A stretch of DNA of 64,000 nucleotides from an uncultured Planctomycetota bacterium. Lineage in GTDB: Bacteria > Planctomycetota > Planctomycetia > Isosphaerales > Isosphaeraceae. The stretch covers positions 1,024,001 to 1,088,000 of the forward strand of contig CAWGMQ010000003.1 of assembly GCA_963823665.1 (NCBI GenBank), read 5' to 3'. Below are positions 1-9,813 of the stretch, piece by piece. The first letter of the stretch is position 1, and every line of letters begins with the position of its first letter. Made by a program: the position numbers and the translations under genes. The notes under the pieces were generated by a model that worked only from the letters and a program-made list of their open reading frames with translations, was not told the origin of the DNA and ran no database searches.

Positions 1-110
1 TTTTCGGCGGAAACTGATCGAGGAACGAGTCTTTCCCCCTGCTAAAGCAGCGGCGGCCGGGCTGCGCTGCATGCGCGAGGCCCTGGTTGCGCGCGGACCC
101 TGTTACGGGT

Positions 111-434
111 GACCAGGCACTCGATGCGACCACCGCCCAGGACGCGGGGGATTATCGCATCATCGGCCCCGCCGGACGGACGATCGCCATCAAGAAGGCG
201 GTGTACGACCCGGCGAATTTCACGGTGACACTGCGTCCGATCGAGCGGATCAGCATTCACCACCGCTACGAGTTGATCGTCGACGGCACGGCCCCACACG
301 GCGTGACCAACACGCGGGGCCTGTTGCTCGACGGCAACGGCAGCGGCTCTGCGGATGGCGACTACCGCGCGCCTCTAACCTGGCGAAACCTGGTGCTCGA
401 TCCGCCGGTTTCGCATGCCTTCCACTCAAAGTGA
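111..434 (+). pseudogene. C-terminal fragment of an Isosphaeraceae-type secreted beta-sandwich domain protein, lacking its 5' part
   Basis: ORF 87..434 from DQALDATTAQD through IAIKKAVYDPANFTVTLRP and YELIVDG to LLDGNGSG resembles a C-terminal domain recurrent in planctomycete surface proteins. The expected upstream residues and a credible start are absent. Confidence 0.45.
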
Positions 435-878
435 CATGGCGTCCGTCTTGAACAAGCGGACGATCGCGTCATTCCCGAACTCGACCGCATGCTGCGCTAG
501 GGCCTTCCCCTGGGCATCATGCGCCTGGGCGAGGGCTGGCAGGCGAGTTAAAAACCGTTGCACCCACCGGACGTCATTTTCGCGAATGGCGAACAGGACG
601 TCGTCGATCTCGATGCCCAGCAGCCCGCCTTGTTCACGCAGGTACTCGATGGCCCACCCTGCAGGAGTGGCAAGGAACTCGTCGTCGCGCGCGTTGATGT
701 CGGCGCCGCTGGCCAGGAGCAGTTCGGCGATCTCGCGCTCTGCGTTCAGAGTCGCGTAGTGCAGAGGTGTCGCGCCTTCCTCATCTTTCATTCTGGCCGC
801 CGCTGGATCCGAAGCGAGGAGCTCGCGGACTCGCTGCGTGTTGCCCGATGTGACGGCTGCAAATAGTTCTGCGCTCAC
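426..878 (-). CDS. Ankyrin repeat protein
   Basis: GATPLHYA...IAELLLASGADINARD ankyrin consensus, plus further degenerate repeats. Confidence 0.88.
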   Translation of the reverse strand: MSAELFAAVTSGNTQRVRELLASDPAAARMKDEEGATPLHYATLNAEREIAELLLASGADINARDDEFLATPAGWAIEYLREQGGLLGIEIDDVLFAIRENDVRWVQRFLTRLPALAQAHDAQGKALAQHAVEFGNDAIVRLFKTDAMSL

Positions 879-1124
879 GTACTTTGCCCCTCGGCTTGAC
901 TGACTCCTGCAGCATCACCCTGGAACGCCGGAATCACCTTATCCGCCGCGAACGTTGGAACGATTGGCCCTATCATAGGGTCGCGTCCGGTTGCGAAACT
1001 AGCAGGTCCGCGTCGCGCGAGTCGATTCGATCTGAGGCTAAACGACTTTGTGGTCCATGCGACAAATTGGGGCGGTAGCGCGCTGCTCACCATCGAACTT
1101 CGCCGCCTCGAGGCTGGACCTCAG

Positions 1125-3962
1125 CTACAGAGCTTTTGAACGTTTCCGCCGCTTTTTCGGCAGCGATGGCGCAGGACGGCGTCGGGTCTTTTCCGGCAGG
1201 GCACTCAGGCGTTTCTCGATCTGGTCAAAGTAATACTCAGCCGTGGTGCGCACTTCGACGGGGATATTCTGAAGAAACCGGCGATCGCCCTGATGCAGCG
1301 CCGAGAGGGCTTCGAACCACGGGCGCAAGCGGACGTCGTCACCACGCTCGCGAAGAAAGACGAGCAGGTCGCCTGCGTAGTTCAGGTGCAGAAGAACGGC
1401 GCAGGCGCGGAGCCAATCTCCGTAGGTGTCGTCAGGAAACTGGTGGCCGATAACATCGATGGCCTCGCCTAAGGCGTCTTTGCAAAGGCCCCAGTTCGCA
1501 TCGTATGCAGCGAACAGCGCCCGTTGTAGGTGGAACGTGTCCTTTGACTCACACGGCGCTTTCATCGCTAATGTTTCAAAGGTTCGTCGCGCCGACCGCA
1601 TGTCTCCCAAAAAGTCCCGATGCAGGTAGACGAGGTTTTGAAAAGCAAATTCGTGTGTGCCGTCGATTGCGAGTGCGTTAGCGAAAGCCCTAGCTGCATC
1701 CGAGTATCTTCGCAGGTGGTCGCAATAAAGATTGCCAAGGCCGTTCCACGGATCGACGTCTCGCGGATCGATCTCGATCGCCTTCCGGTACGCCGACTCC
1801 GATTCCTCGAATCGACCGAGATGACTCTGAAGCAGATTGCCCAGGCCAGTCCACGCATAGGCGGATCGTGGATTAATCTCGATGGCCTTCCGGTACGCAG
1901 CCTCCGATTCCTCGAATCGACCGAAATGATCCTGAAGCAAATTGCCCAGGCCTTGCCAGGCAGAGTCGTTTCGCGGATCGATCTTGATCGCGGTCTGGCA
2001 AGCGACCGCGGCCTCCGAATGCAAATCTAGCTTGACAATCAAAACAAACGCCCAGTTATACCACTGCCGTGAGTCCGAGCCTGATTCGGGCGTGAGAGAA
2101 TCTCGAACCTGGCAAACGGCATCAGCACTCAGGGCAGAACCGATCTGAGCTTCGATCGTATCGACAAGCAGTTGCATGGCGTTTTTCCCATCAGCCCTAA
2201 GGAACACTCGATTCCAGTCGTCCAGATCCCCTGCGGACCGCAACTGACCGGTCGCAAGCTGTTTGCGAAACCATCTAAACGCGGCTTTGCCATATTCCGA
2301 TTCATCTCGCCGTCGCGCGTCTAGAATCGACTGAAGAACGGCCCCGATCTTGCCCACACTTAGTTTTCCGGCGATCGCGGCAAGCTTTTCCCGCTCACCG
2401 TGCGTGAACATCTGCCGGTCTCCAAGCACCTCTTCCGCGAATTGCTCCGGTGTTATGTCGATGCTGTCCGGGACGAGGGCGATCAACTTTTCGCGCAAAT
2501 CATTGAACGCTAGAGTCGCCGGTGCGAGTTTCGAGAAATCAATGACTTCTTCCATCTTGCGGCGGGACTCCCCGGCCTTGCACCGCAGCGCATCGAGCTC
2601 GGCGTGGCGGACGAGCTCCTCCTTGTCGACGGGCTTGAGCGTGGAGGCGAGCGCCCTGGCGAGCTGGAATCGGTCCGGGCTGAGGTCGCGTTCGTTCAGT
2701 AGAAGTCGGGCCAGGCGGGGCCGATCCTTTTCGTCGTAGAAGCTCTCGATGAAGCGCACAAGGAACTCGACCTCTCGCCGGTGACGGCGGGACGCGCTGC
2801 GCATCAAGAACCAGACGTTCAAGAATCGCTCGGCGATCTGATAGCCGGCCGACGATTGACCGAAGATCTCGACCTTCTCGACAAAGCCAATCTTCTCCAG
2901 GCGGTCGAGCTGCGCGGAAATACTCGCAACCGGCAGGGCGGTCGCTTCTGAAAGGGCGCGGTCCGTGATCGGCGCCCAGTCATCTGCGATCGCGCTGACA
3001 AGCACTTGCTGCTGCTCGGCGAGTTCCTCAATGCGCGCTTTGTACAGCGGGGTAACCCGGTCGAGCAGGTTTTCCAGGTCGCCAAAAACGCTCGGGGAGA
3101 AATCCTCCGCGTAGAGAAAGAAGAGCGCGACCACGGTGCGCGGATTGCCGCCCGTAAGATCACGGAGGGTTTTGGTCCGTTCCGGGTGGCGCAATACTTT
3201 TTTGCAAACGTCAGCCCTGCCGGTTGCCTCCGCGAGGCTCACCATGAGATCGCGCATCTCGTCGAACGTCAGGGGCTCCAGGTAGCGGATCTTGAAGTGA
3301 TCAAAGAACGCGGCAGCGTAACTCTGCGTTTCCGGAGGCGGGCTTGGGCTGGCGCCGACAACAATCGGACTGCCGCGACGCATGAGCAGCTCACGGAGGG
3401 CGTGCTGCTCGACATCTGCAATCCGTTCGAAGACGAGTTGCAAGTTGTCCACGAGCAGCACAGGCCGCCTGCCGACCCTCGAGGCCTCCTCCTGGAAGGC
3501 GACGAGCGCAGCGCGGGCGGGCAACTCGTCTTTTTTGGCCGTGCCGCCCGTTTGATGTTTCAAAGTACGAACGACGGCGTCGATGCGGTCGCTGGCGGCA
3601 GTGTCGCCCGCACGTTCGGCCGCATCGGCAAGCGAATCGAGGCAGTTCAACCAGAACTTCGACAAGCGATCGACCGAGTATTGTTCCTCCGCGAAGACCA
3701 ACGGCACGAAACGCTCCGAGAGAATCGGGCTCGTCCGTAGCTCGGCGGCGAGCCGCATGAGCAATGTGCTTTTTCCCATGCCGCGCTGGCCGACGATGAG
3801 GTGGTGCTGCGGCCGGCTCTTTGCCTTCTCGGCGGCGATTTCGGTCAGCACTCGCTCGAAAATCGCCTTCCGGGCGACGAACGCCGCGGCGATTTCCGAG
3901 TCTGTAAACCGAACGGGATTATGGAGCGTGAGCCGGCTCACACTGAGCGTGCCAGTATTCAT
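1125..3962 (-). CDS. P-loop ATPase (STAND/AAA-like) - winged helix - TPR protein, 945 aa
   Basis: Walker A GQRGMGKST, Walker B VLLVDN, TGGNPR motif, HTH-like segment (ALSEATALPVASISAQLDRLEKIGFV) and 35-aa TPRs (AWQGLGNLLQDHFGRFEESEAAYRKAIEINP). ATG at 3962 overlaps the upstream stop (ATGA). Confidence 0.85.
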   Translation of the reverse strand: MNTGTLSVSRLTLHNPVRFTDSEIAAAFVARKAIFERVLTEIAAEKAKSRPQHHLIVGQRGMGKSTLLMRLAAELRTSPILSERFVPLVFAEEQYSVDRLSKFWLNCLDSLADAAERAGDTAASDRIDAVVRTLKHQTGGTAKKDELPARAALVAFQEEASRVGRRPVLLVDNLQLVFERIADVEQHALRELLMRRGSPIVVGASPSPPPETQSYAAAFFDHFKIRYLEPLTFDEMRDLMVSLAEATGRADVCKKVLRHPERTKTLRDLTGGNPRTVVALFFLYAEDFSPSVFGDLENLLDRVTPLYKARIEELAEQQQVLVSAIADDWAPITDRALSEATALPVASISAQLDRLEKIGFVEKVEIFGQSSAGYQIAERFLNVWFLMRSASRRHRREVEFLVRFIESFYDEKDRPRLARLLLNERDLSPDRFQLARALASTLKPVDKEELVRHAELDALRCKAGESRRKMEEVIDFSKLAPATLAFNDLREKLIALVPDSIDITPEQFAEEVLGDRQMFTHGEREKLAAIAGKLSVGKIGAVLQSILDARRRDESEYGKAAFRWFRKQLATGQLRSAGDLDDWNRVFLRADGKNAMQLLVDTIEAQIGSALSADAVCQVRDSLTPESGSDSRQWYNWAFVLIVKLDLHSEAAVACQTAIKIDPRNDSAWQGLGNLLQDHFGRFEESEAAYRKAIEINPRSAYAWTGLGNLLQSHLGRFEESESAYRKAIEIDPRDVDPWNGLGNLYCDHLRRYSDAARAFANALAIDGTHEFAFQNLVYLHRDFLGDMRSARRTFETLAMKAPCESKDTFHLQRALFAAYDANWGLCKDALGEAIDVIGHQFPDDTYGDWLRACAVLLHLNYAGDLLVFLRERGDDVRLRPWFEALSALHQGDRRFLQNIPVEVRTTAEYYFDQIEKRLSALPEKTRRRPAPSLPKKRRKRSKAL
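1745..1990 (-). repeat. 105-bp period TPR-coding tandem repeat (2 close copies plus diverged flanks)
   Basis: GCCTTCCGGTACGC...CTCCGATTCCTCGAATCGACCGA...CTGAAGCA.ATTGCCCAGGCC recurs at ~1780-1847 and ~1885-1952. Confidence 0.8.
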
Positions 3963-5137
3963 TTGCCGTGCCTTCGTCGCCAGTATTCGCGAAGCAAAAA
4001 GGAGCGAAAGGCGTAACGTGCGCGTGTCTCCAGCAGGTAGCCGTCGCGCTGCAAAGCGATCAGGAGGCGGGTGAGCTGTTCTCGGACGATATCCGAGTTT
4101 GCTGCCGGCTTGGCCATGAGAATCGCGAGTATCTGATCGTGCGTGCGGCCTTTCGGGTGCTTGCAGAGGTGGCCAAGAATCGCTTTGCACACCGTGGCGT
4201 CCGACGTCGAGAACTGCACTTCGATCCGTTCGTGCCAGGTGTCAAAGTAGGAGAGTTTTGGGGCTCGAGCAGGGAATCGAAAGCCTTCGAAATCGACCGC
4301 TGTTCCGTATCGCGGAGCTCGTGGAAAACCAAATGCAAATGGTAGGCGAGCGGCCAACCGACTCGACGAATGATGTCATCACGCTCGGCCTGCTCAAGCG
4401 CCAGCTCATTCGACTCGCCCAGTTCGATCAGGAACGCGTCGGCCTCGTCGGCAGAGAACGCCTCCAGGGTGAATACCTGGAGGTCGTTGATCAGTTTATG
4501 GAGCTTCTGGTCCTGGACGAAATTGTCGAGGCCGATCGAGCCGAGGAACACCCAGCGTATCTTCTTGCGGAACGTCTGCCGCAGCTCGCGCAGCCAGTGC
4601 AAAATCGCGGTGACCCGGATGCCCATCCTCCGCCTTTTGAAGCGTTAGCAAGAACTCGGGCAACTCGTCGACAGCGATGAGAACGCGGTCGTCGCCACTT
4701 TCGATATTGCGAAAAACGGATTCGATAGCCTTGCGCAAAGTCGAATGCTCCGCATCGGTGGCATCGCCCAGACTTAGCTCGAGTCCAGGTACCTTGATTC
4801 CGGCACCGCCGAGTCGTTGTCGAAACTTGCGGAACGCTTCCGTGCCGCGAGCAATCCACTGGGGTTGGAGCTGGGCATTCGCATGTTCCTCGATGAACTT
4901 TTCCGCGAAAGCGAACTCGTCGCCTTGTCCTTGAACGTTCAGGAAGACAGCCTTTTGCTGGCAAGTGGATTTCCAGGTTTCGCAGAGGCGGAGCACGAGT
5001 GAGATCTTGCCGACGCGCCGGGGCGCAACGAGAAGAATGTTCGCGTTGGCGTCGAGCTCCCGACGAAGCTTCGCCAGAATCTGGGGCCGATCGAAGAAGT
5101 CGTCGCCTTCCACGGGACTGCCAATGATGTTTCTCAT
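3959..5137 (-). CDS. Archaeal-ATPase/AAA-like P-loop ATPase with C-terminal winged helix (~390 aa; two frameshifts near 4625 and 4265)
   Basis: Joined from ORFs 4496..5257, 4060..4626 and 3959..4357: GSPVEGDDFFDR, Walker A APRRVGKIS, Walker B LIAVDELP, WVFLGSIGL, and C-terminal LQRDGYL...YAFRSFLLREYW. Confidence 0.8.
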
Positions 5138-6075
5138 CACTGAATCCCAAGACGCCGAGTCTGCGCCGTCAATATACAAAATTGTATTTCTATGGTTTTG
5201 TATAAGAAAACTGGGAACGGTCCTTCCCTTTGGCATCGGTCCAGTAAGAGCGGGCATAAATGCCAGAATTCACACGATTGTGACGATTGAATCAGCTTCG
5301 TCGAACGAGGAATGTTTGAAGAACAGGATTCCTTCATCGCCTCAGGATCGCATCCTGGCGCGAGCACCGTCTGGTTCCATTCCCGCAGTCGGGCGCGCCA
5401 GGCGGCCGGATCATCGGCGTTCTCCTCGACCACCCAGCGCTGCACCTCGTCGGCCCGGATCGGCAGAAAGCAGCTCATCTCGCTCGGAGCATACTCTCCA
5501 TTTGAACCAAGCTGCTCGATGCCCACCGATTCACCGTCAAATCGCCAGATCTCCTTGACCTGAAGCGCCCGGTAGATCGCTTGACGCTCGATCTCGGACG
5601 GCGATATGTCGATCTCGATCGCGAGATCGGGATTGGGATAGTCGGCGATATCCTGCGACCGCCGTTTCACCGCGTCGCGGTCCCTCGCAAGCTTCTCACG
5701 CAGGAAGTAGTAGCACTGGTCGGCCTCCAAACCGCGCGCAATCTCAGGTCGTTTCCAGGTCGTCTCGCCCGCTGAGCTGCAATCGATGTGGAGATCGTCG
5801 GTGATCGCGGTCACCAACCTCCCGAATCTGTCCTTGAAATGCTCGTGGACTCGCCCCTTCACCATGATCTCAAGGTCCTTTCCGTCGTACGCCAGGAAAA
5901 CTCCTTGGCGCGGATCGATCGCGTCGGAGAGCGCATCGTAGAGCTCCCACGATAAGCCCCGGATCGCGATTCGCTTTTCGGCGGGGGCGCAAGAGGCCGC
6001 TGTGATTGGCGCGCCGGCGGTCGCCACGTCCGGCAGGGCAGATCTTGACGGGGCGCTGGTGATTGTTGACATCAT
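5137..6075 (-). CDS. Uma2 (DUF820) family PD-(D/E)xK-fold putative endonuclease
   Basis: SWELYDAL, LAYDGKDLEIM, GLEADQCYY, PDLAIEIDIS, IYRALQVKEIWRFDG. The last ~70 codons are AT-rich and probably non-coding read-through; the true end is likely near 5340. Confidence 0.85.
   Translation of the reverse strand: MMSTITSAPSRSALPDVATAGAPITAASCAPAEKRIAIRGLSWELYDALSDAIDPRQGVFLAYDGKDLEIMVKGRVHEHFKDRFGRLVTAITDDLHIDCSSAGETTWKRPEIARGLEADQCYYFLREKLARDRDAVKRRSQDIADYPNPDLAIEIDISPSEIERQAIYRALQVKEIWRFDGESVGIEQLGSNGEYAPSEMSCFLPIRADEVQRWVVEENADDPAAWRARLREWNQTVLAPGCDPEAMKESCSSNIPRSTKLIQSSQSCEFWHLCPLLLDRCQREGPFPVFLYKTIEIQFCILTAQTRRLGIQ
5173..5204. promoter_or_regulatory. AT-rich palindromic operator/promoter upstream of the ATPase pair
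   Basis: Perfect inverted repeat TATACAAAA (5173-5181) - 14 nt - TTTTGTATA (5196-5204), with a nested ATACAA-aa-TTGTAT. Lies 36-67 nt upstream of ATG 5137. Confidence 0.55.
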
Positions 6076-6287
6076 TCCGTCTCCAAGTCGCAGGACGATT
6101 GGTTGCGATTGCCATTTCGGCCCAGCGCGGCCGTCCCGCGCACCAATTATAGCCGAACTGGTGCGCCGCGAGCACGAGCCCGCAGCGGAATCGCTCGACC
6201 CGCGGTCTCAACGCGCCGTACAATCGCGGCGGGCCCGGAGTCCACGGCGCTCGGAAAGACCCCCCCTCCCCTGAAATGTGATCCAAG

Positions 6288-7529
6288 ATGCTTGCCGACC
6301 TACTCTCTGACGCTCTGAAGAAGTACGATCCGGCAGATCCCCGGTACGCGACTGACGTGGTCGAGCGGGTTCTTTCGGCCGCGCGCGCGAGCGGGGCCAG
6401 CGACGTGCATCTCCAGCCGAGCGCGCTTGGCCTCGAGCTTTCCTGGCGGATCGACGGCGTGTTGCAGGCGGTGACGTCGATTCCGGCCAAGGTTGGCCCC
6501 AACATCGTGGCGCGGCTCAAGGTTCTCTCGGAGCTGCTCACCTACCGGACGGACGTCCCGCAAGAAGGGCGGATCAAGGGGGCGCCCGGCGAAGTGGAGA
6601 TGCGGGTGAGCACGTTCCCCACGCTGTTCGGCGAGAAGGCGGTGGTTCGTCTGTTCGCGGCCCCCGGGCTTTTCCTGCGGATCGAAGAGCTCGGCCTGCC
6701 CGGGGAAGTGAGCGACGGCCTGGGCCGGATGCTCGGCGAGACTTCCGGAGCGATCGTGCTCGCCGGCCCTTCCGGCAGCGGCAAGACGACCACGATCTAC
6801 GCTTGCCTGCGCGAACTAGCCGCGCGGTCGAAGGGCCAGCGCAGCCTGGCGACGCTCGAAGACCCGATCGAGGCCGTCGTGCCGGGCGTGGCCCAGGCCC
6901 AGGTGAACCTGGCCGCCGGCCTCACACTCGAGTCGGGCCTCAAGTCGCTGTTGCGACAAGATCCGGAAGTGATCGCCATCGGTGAGATTCGCGACCGGGC
7001 CACCGCAGCGATCGCCTTGCAGGCCGCACTGACCGGCCACTTGATCCTCACCACCTTTCACGCCGGCAGTGCCTGCGAAGTGATCGGCAGACTGCTCGAC
7101 ATGGGGATCGAGCCCTACGTTGTGCGCAGCGGCCTCCGCGCGGTGGTGGCCCAGCGCCTGGTGCGGCGGCTGTGCTCGTGCTCGAAGCCCGCCACTACCC
7201 CCGACGAGCTTCTCGGCCTGCCGGTCGAAACCGCTCGAGTGCCGCGGGGCTGTGAGCTCTGCCGGGGCACAGGGTACCGCGGCCGCACGGTGCTCGCGGA
7301 ATTACTGCTTCCCGAACACGAGGAGATTGCCCGGGCGATTCTGGCCCAATCGGACGTACGCAGACTCGAGCAAGTGGCGCTCTCGGCCGGGATGGTCGAT
7401 CGCTGGGCGCGTGCCTGCGCGGCAGTTCAAGCCGGGCTGACTTCCCCAGCAGAAATTCGCCGCGTACTGGGCGTCGGCAGCGCCGCGTCGAGCGCGCATG
7501 GGAACCGGCCGGTCGCGGAGCCGGATTGA
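6288..7529 (+). CDS. GspE/PilB family secretion/pilus assembly ATPase (short form without N-terminal domain)
   Basis: ASDVHLQP, RIDGVL, PQEGRI, Walker A GPSGSGKTT, TLEDPIE, LRQDPEVIAIGEIRD, TGHLILTTFHA, Zn motif CSC...CELC. Confidence 0.93.
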   Translation: MLADLLSDALKKYDPADPRYATDVVERVLSAARASGASDVHLQPSALGLELSWRIDGVLQAVTSIPAKVGPNIVARLKVLSELLTYRTDVPQEGRIKGAPGEVEMRVSTFPTLFGEKAVVRLFAAPGLFLRIEELGLPGEVSDGLGRMLGETSGAIVLAGPSGSGKTTTIYACLRELAARSKGQRSLATLEDPIEAVVPGVAQAQVNLAAGLTLESGLKSLLRQDPEVIAIGEIRDRATAAIALQAALTGHLILTTFHAGSACEVIGRLLDMGIEPYVVRSGLRAVVAQRLVRRLCSCSKPATTPDELLGLPVETARVPRGCELCRGTGYRGRTVLAELLLPEHEEIARAILAQSDVRRLEQVALSAGMVDRWARACAAVQAGLTSPAEIRRVLGVGSAASSAHGNRPVAEPD

Positions 7530-7587
7530 CAACCTCGGACATTTGTGGTGAGATAGCCATTGCACAAATGTCGTAGGGAAGGGGGCA

Positions 7588-8677
7588 GTGAGCGTGATGC
7601 ACGAGGGCGAGCTTGGTGCGAGACGGGCTGGGGCCATCACGATCGAGCAGTTATTCGCTCTCAATGAAGAGATCCGGGCGCTGGTTCGAGCGGGGGTGCC
7701 GCTGGAGCGCGGGCTGCTCACGGCCGCGCGAGATCTGCGGGGGCGTTTGGGGCGGATCACGGGCGCTCTCGCGGGTCGTCTGAACCGCGGGGAGAGCCTG
7801 GTGCAGGCCCTGGAAGCGGAGAAGCAGGTCCTGCCGCCGCTCTATCGCGCGGTGGTCGAGGCGGGGGCGAGGTCCGGCCAGTTGCCGGTTGCGCTCGAGG
7901 GCCTGGCCCGCTATGTGCGCGGGTATTCCGAGGCCAGGGCCACGATCGGGCTGGCCCTCTGGTACCCTCTGGTGGTTCTGAGCCTGGCCTACCTGCTCTT
8001 TGTGGGGCTGGTGCTGGTGATCGTGCCGCGGTTTCTTGGCGCGTTCGAATCGCTCGGTCTTTCATCGCCGGCAGCGCTGCGCTGGCTGAGCGTGGCCGGG
8101 AAATCCGCCGATTACTGGTGGCTGGCCGGGCCGATCGCACTCCTGCTGCTGGCGATCGCGTGGGTCCGCTCGGGGGCGGCGGCCAGGTTCCAGTCGGCGT
8201 CGTGGACATGGCTCAAGCTTTTCCCCTGGATGCGGTCGATCCTGACCAATTACGAGGGTGCCAACTTCTGCGAGCTGCTCGCGCTGCTGCTCGAGCATGA
8301 AGTGACTTTTCCAGATGCCCTCGAGCTGGCTGGCGAATCGACCGGTAACCCGCGGCTATTGCGCGGCGCTCTCTCTCTCGCAAGCGATCGAGAGCGGTCA
8401 GTCCGCATCTGAGGCGCTCGAGAAAATCGACCGAGCGGCGTTCCTGCCGATGCTGCGCTGGGTCCTGGCGACGGGGCAGGAGCAAGGCTCGCTTCCGCGT
8501 GCCTTGCGAAACCTGGCCGGGCACTACCGCAGACGTGCCAAGTATCTGGCCGAGAAGCTCTCGGTGTTCTTACCGACGTTCATCATGGTGGTGATCGGGG
8601 CGAGCGCAACCTTGTTTTACGCACTTGCACTTTTCATCCCGATCATCAACCTGCTGGGTCAACTTTCCATTAATTGA
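7588..8677 (+). CDS. GspF/PilC family inner-membrane platform protein 1 (frameshift ~8380)
   Basis: RAGVPLERGL, GESLVQAL, VEAGARSGQL, ALWYP; the second repeat GQEQGSLPRAL continues in ORF 8315..8677. Confidence 0.85.
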
Positions 8678-8721
8678 AGCTAGTCGACGCGAAGCCGGCG
8701 ACGGTGCGCCTCGGGGGGGCG

Positions 8722-9789
8722 ATGCCTGACTCAAACGGACAAGACTATTCGAGTGCTCGACTGAGCGGGCCCGACGCGGCCGAGCTGTCGAGCCAGATTG
8801 CCTCCGTCACTCGCGCGGGGCTGCCGTTGGCCCAGGGCCTCGCCGCGCTCTCGGCCGAGCTGCCGCGCGGCGGCCTGCGCCGATCGATCGAAGACCTGGC
8901 CAGGGCGCTGAACAAGAGGTATGCCGCTCGAAGAGGCGGTGAAAACCCGTGAAAGCAGCTTGCCGCCGCACCTGCGCGGGCTGCTGCTGGCGGGACTACG
9001 CTCGGGCGAGCTGGGTGACTTGCTCGATCGTTTCTATGAATATCTGAATATCGGAGTCGAGTTGAAGCGGAAGCTCTGGCTCTCACTCGCCTACCCGGCG
9101 CTCACGGTGGCAGCCGCGATGGCGCTCCTGCTGTTCGTCTGCCTGTTTCTGGTCGCGCAATTCGAGACGATTTACCGAGACTTCGGCATCCCGTTGCGGT
9201 CCTTCACGACCGTGCTGATCGTCTTTTCGCACGTTGTTTCGCGTACGTTCGTTCCGCTGGGAGTATTCGCGGGCGTGATTCTGTGTGTCTGGCTCGCCGG
9301 TCGCGTTTTCCTGCCGTGCGCAACCCGGCGCAGCATCGCGTGCAAGCTTCCGCTCCTGGGGCGCGTTTGGCGCTCGATGTCGCTTGCCGAGTTCTGCCAC
9401 TTGCTCGCGCTGCTCGTGAACGGGCGGATTCCGATGGCGGAGGCCCTTCGGCTGACGGGTCAAGGAGTCGAGGATGCCTCGATCGACCTGGACTGCCGGC
9501 TGATGGCCCAGCGCATCGAGCTGGGTGAGTCGCTTTCGCGGTCGATGGCGGCGCGACATCGGTTCCCGATCGGCCTGGCCCGATTGCTTCGGTGGGCCGA
9601 AAACCAGAAGAGCGTGCCCGAGGTCCTGCACATGGCCGGCGCGATGTTCGAGGCCCGCGCCCGGCGCAGTCGACATTCGTGGGCATCATCCTCAATTTCC
9701 TGTGCGTGCTCATGGTCTTGTGCATGATCCTGATCGTGCCGGCGCTTTTCACGCCGCTCATCACGTTGATCAGCAGACTATCGGGTTAA
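8722..9789 (+). CDS. GspF/PilC family platform protein 2 (frameshifts ~8920 and ~9665)
   Basis: RAGLPLAQGL, AGLRSGELGDLL, SLAYP, KLPLLGRVW, GESLSRSM. Joined from ORFs 8674..8952, 8921..9727 and 9592..9789. Confidence 0.82.
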
Positions 9790-9813
9790 GCTCGCCCTTC
9801 AGGGGAAACCGCC

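Noticed and set aside
8363..8382. (CT)n tract at the gspF1 frameshift as a phase-variation switch
   Set aside because: The tract is short, and similar indels occur throughout the window without repeats; error is more parsimonious.
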